33,906 nucleotides of DNA from an uncultured Muribaculaceae bacterium (lineage in GTDB: Bacteria > Bacillota_I > Bacilli_A > RF39 > UBA660). Location: positions 1 to 33,906 of the forward strand of contig CAZTXU010000002.1 of NCBI GenBank assembly GCA_964617705.1. Reading direction: 5' to 3'. The notes beneath the pieces are model-generated. The model had not been told where the DNA came from, made no database searches, and saw nothing but the letters and a program-made list of their open reading frames with translations. The first letter of the stretch is position 1. Each line of letters starts with the position of its first letter. Positions 31,997 through 33,906 of this stretch are shown here, in pieces. The position numbers were made by a program, and so were the translations under genes.

Positions 31997-32232
31997 GTCA
32001 AATTTTTTCTTTTTGTCAAATTCTACGACGTTGCCGGCGCGACGTCAAATTTTATGCGTTGTCAAATTTTAATAAACCAGCTACAAACCAGCTACACCAG
32101 CTGTCAAATTTTGAATCAGCTGCGAAATCAGCTACAAATAAAAATTTGACGTACAATCTCTTTATATTTATATTTCCCCTTTTATTTTAACACAAATTAA
32201 GCTGGATTTCAAATTATTAGAGCTGTCAAATT
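31997..32232. repeat. Iteron cluster: seven copies of (T/C)GTCAAATT plus five or six copies of CAGCT(A/G)C; candidate replication origin or protein-loading site
   Basis: GTCAAATT occurs at 31997, 32015, 32044, 32061, 32103 and 32225, with an inverted copy at 32143-32150. CAGCT cores occur at 32079, 32090, 32099, 32118 and 32130. CGACGT appears twice, flanking GCCGGC, at about 32026-32046. No credible ORF is present. Confidence 0.5.
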
Positions 32233-32264
32233 TAAAATCTACTTAAATAAAAAAACTTTAAAAT

Positions 32265-32293
32265 TTGAAAATCTTTTAAATTTTAGTTATAAT
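32265..32293 (+). promoter_or_regulatory. Twin promoter A
   Basis: TTGAAA, 17 nt, TATAAT, then ATATATAGAAAATGAGAAAGG. Near-identical to twin B. Confidence 0.5.
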
Positions 32294-32384
32294 ATATATA
32301 GAAAATGAGAAAGGGTGGTGCTAAGCTCCTTTGTGATTGTGGCACCTTAATGCACGAGTAGTTAAGGGGTCGTCGCCCTAAAAT

Positions 32385-32413
32385 TTGAAAAAAAATAAAA
32401 ATTCAGCTATAAT
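32385..32413 (+). promoter_or_regulatory. Twin promoter B (drives the 32516 gene)
   Basis: TTGAAA, 17 nt, TATAAT, then ATATATAGAAAGTGAGAAAAGG. It lies exactly 120 bp downstream of twin A. Confidence 0.55.
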
Positions 32414-32515
32414 ATATATAGAAAGTGAGAAAAGGAAAAATAAGTTCCTATTCATAAAAAACAAAACAAATCTAATTGGCGCCTACCGCCTTACAGTAGG
32501 AGAAAGAGGATTATT

Positions 32516-32869
32516 ATGACGAAGAGAGATTTCTATGTAGCAATCGCAAATGGTGAGATGAATGACGAAGTAAAGGTTGCTGCCGCAGAGTACATCGCAA
32601 AAATGGATGAGGCAAACGAGAAACGCAAGCACACTCTGTCCAAGAAACAGGAAGAGAATGAAGCAATCAAGGCAGAAATTCTGGGACACCTTGATACCGA
32701 AGCAAAAACTGCTACGACTATCGGAGAGCTGATGGGTATTTCTACGCAGAAAGCGTCGGCACTGCTTAGACAGCTTGTAAATGACGGCAAGGCTACTGCA
32801 ACCGAAGTTAAGATTCCGAAGAAGGGTACTCAGAAAGCTTATATCGTAAATTTTTCACATGAAAACTGA
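32516..32869 (+). CDS. Winged-helix-like DNA-binding protein, paralog B (117 aa)
   Basis: It has a GGAGAAAGAGG RBS. MTKRDFYVAIANGEMNDE...ISTQKASALLRQLVNDGKATATEVKIPKKGTQKAY aligns along its whole length with the 27268-27612 product. Confidence 0.6.
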   Translation: MTKRDFYVAIANGEMNDEVKVAAAEYIAKMDEANEKRKHTLSKKQEENEAIKAEILGHLDTEAKTATTIGELMGISTQKASALLRQLVNDGKATATEVKIPKKGTQKAYIVNFSHEN

Positions 32870-32899
32870 ATACCCAAAATCTAAAAAAGACACTTAAAG

Positions 32900-32925
32900 G
32901 TAGGAGAGAAATCTCCTACTTTTTA
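32900..32925 (+). terminator. Intrinsic terminator
   Basis: GTAGGAGA-gaaa-TCTCCTAC followed by TTTTT. Confidence 0.7.
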
Positions 32926-32944
32926 TATATGTGGAGGAAAAACA

Positions 32945-33469
32945 ATGTGGAAACCAATATATAGTTTTGAAGATTATTTAATAAATGAAATCGGGCAAAT
33001 TAAATCTTTAAAAACAAATCGGATTTTGTCTCAACGATATGACTTGAAAGGGTATTTAATAGTTAGCTTAACTAAAAATAAAAAACAAACTACTAAATCA
33101 GTTCATAGGTTGTTAATGGAAACTTTTAATCCCTGCGATGGAATGAAAGAACTGACTGTCAATCACATTAATCATATTAAAGATGATAATCGTTTAGAAA
33201 ATCTGGAGTGGATGTCTAATAAAGACAATGTAAAAGAAGCCTACAAAGCTGGACTCCATAAAAATAAACATAAAGGTGGTAATAATAGATTACCAGTTCG
33301 TTGTATAGAAACACAGCAAATTTATTCAAGTAATGCAGAAGCAGCGCGGGCTGTGGGAATTAAATCTTATGGGAAAATTGGAGTAGCAGCAAAAGATCAA
33401 ACAAAAACTTGTGGAGGATATCATTGGGAATATTTAGATAAAACTGAATATAAAAAATTAATAAGATAA
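32945..33469 (+). CDS. HNH homing endonuclease (NUMOD4-like N-terminus, HNH_3 core, C-terminal NUMOD1/IENR-like HTH), 174 aa
   Basis: The N-terminus is WKPIYSFEDYLINEIGQIKSLK. The HNH core is VNHINHIKDDNRLENLEWMSNKDN. The C-terminal HTH-like segment is VRCIETQQIYSSNAEAARAVGI. It has a GGAGG RBS. Confidence 0.8.
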   Translation: MWKPIYSFEDYLINEIGQIKSLKTNRILSQRYDLKGYLIVSLTKNKKQTTKSVHRLLMETFNPCDGMKELTVNHINHIKDDNRLENLEWMSNKDNVKEAYKAGLHKNKHKGGNNRLPVRCIETQQIYSSNAEAARAVGIKSYGKIGVAAKDQTKTCGGYHWEYLDKTEYKKLIR

Positions 33470-33485
33470 TTTTTTTGGAAAAAAA

Positions 33486-33516
33486 GAGAGAGAGCATTCA
33501 GCCCTCTTTTTTTTTG
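33486..33516 (+). terminator. Probable intrinsic terminator
   Basis: GAGAGC-attca-GCCCTC (one mismatch) followed by nine T. Confidence 0.45.
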
Positions 33517-33757
33517 AAAATTTTTTGGAAAATTCTCTCTCTCTTTTTTTATATTATTTAAAATTTGATTTGGGTTGAAATTTAGCGCAGGAACATTTTT
33601 AGACCAAAGAATGACTTTTTACATCTTTTCACAACGAAAGCAATATTTCCACATTCAGTGCCGACCAAAATGATACTCTGACATACTGCGCACGCCTTCG
33701 CCTATGTTGTCGCACCAGCTCCACTGTCATGACTACCGAGATAACGTATATATTTTT

Positions 33758-33906
33758 ACGTATACGTTTTACTTGTACGTCCTGTGTACAGTTAGATGTC
33801 CTAAACGTATACGTTTTACTTGTACGTCCTGTGTACAGTTAGATGTCCTAAACGTATACGTTTTACTTGTACGTCCTGTGTACAGTTAGATGTCCTAAAC
33901 GTATAC
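33758..33906. repeat. 47-bp tandem direct repeat, 3 full copies plus a partial copy cut by the window edge
   Basis: The unit is ACGTATACGTTTTACTTGTACGTCCTGTGTACAGTTAGATGTCCTAA, at 33758-33804, 33805-33851 and 33852-33898, with 33899-33906 starting a fourth copy. All copies are identical. Confidence 0.95.

Noticed and set aside
31732-32149. Plus-strand ORFs 31732-31965 (77 aa) and 31952-32149 (65 aa).
   Set aside because: Neither has an RBS or promoter. The first is antisense to the promoter-driven unit and has a junk-like sequence. The second is generated by reading through the palindrome and the iterons.
27142-32790. Antisense or overlapping ORFs in the early region (27142-27450, 27285-27578, 28078-28287, 29232-29579, 30553-30816, 30650-30853, 31341-31583, 32483-32689, 32533-32790, 24259-24468, 25367-25555).
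   Set aside because: They overlap better-supported genes, lack an SD and promoter, and have hydrophobic low-complexity shadow-frame translations.
24180-32870. Several early genes appear G+C-richer (about 40 percent in a 60-nt sample at 32521-32580) than parts of the structural arm (about 25 percent at 12001-12060), which might suggest foreign origin.
   Set aside because: The capsid gene sampled at 15301-15360 is also about 37 percent G+C, so composition is heterogeneous throughout. I only hand-counted three 60-nt samples, which is not enough to claim horizontal acquisition.
1-33906. I looked for a lysogeny module (integrase, CI/Cro), a lysis cassette, a DNA polymerase, primase or helicase, CRISPR/anti-CRISPR signatures and a reverse transcriptase.
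   Set aside because: None is recognisable in the translations provided. Their absence is probably due to the window boundaries, so I draw no conclusion about lifestyle.

Overview
This window is a contiguous piece of a tailed dsDNA phage or prophage of siphovirus type. The expression signals look like those of a low-GC Gram-positive (Bacillota-like) host: TTGACA/TATAAT promoters, AAAGGAGG-type ribosome-binding sites and hairpin-plus-T-run terminators. The window has two divergent arms that meet at about 23626-23765.

(1) Positions 1-23625 are a leftward (minus-strand) packaging and morphogenesis operon. In transcription order it encodes:
- a 438-aa putative HTH/zinc-ribbon regulator
- a small ORF
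- a putative small terminase and the large terminase
- portal, a scaffold-like protein and an accessory head protein
- the major capsid protein, followed by a terminator
- six neck/connector-sized ORFs
- two paralogous 261-aa tail-tube-like proteins, each followed by a terminator
- a giant 2832-aa tape measure protein
- Dit and the start of Tal, which runs off the left edge

(2) Positions 23766-33469 are a rightward early region of about 20 small genes. Almost every gene is its own cassette of promoter, RBS, ORF and terminator.

The most striking signal is a 21-bp palindrome, TTTAGACGT-N3-ACGTCTAAA, present 14 times between 25165 and 31986. Every copy is intergenic. Its distance from the following -35 hexamer is quantised at 7 or 17 nt, one helical turn apart, which is the signature of an unrecognised early-gene regulon or operator system.

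The early region also contains:
- two pairs of paralogous genes
- duplicated regulatory modules
- one cassette in inverted orientation that seems to make a non-coding transcript ending in a tRNA-like T-arm fragment
- a roughly 800-bp non-coding stretch with GTCAAATT and CAGCT(A/G)C iterons (candidate origin)
- twin promoters 120 bp apart
- an HNH homing endonuclease
- a 47-bp tandem repeat at the right edge

I saw no integrase, repressor, lysis cassette or replication enzymes, so the genome evidently continues on both sides. All functional calls come from reading motifs in the supplied translations and sequence by eye. No database search was possible.
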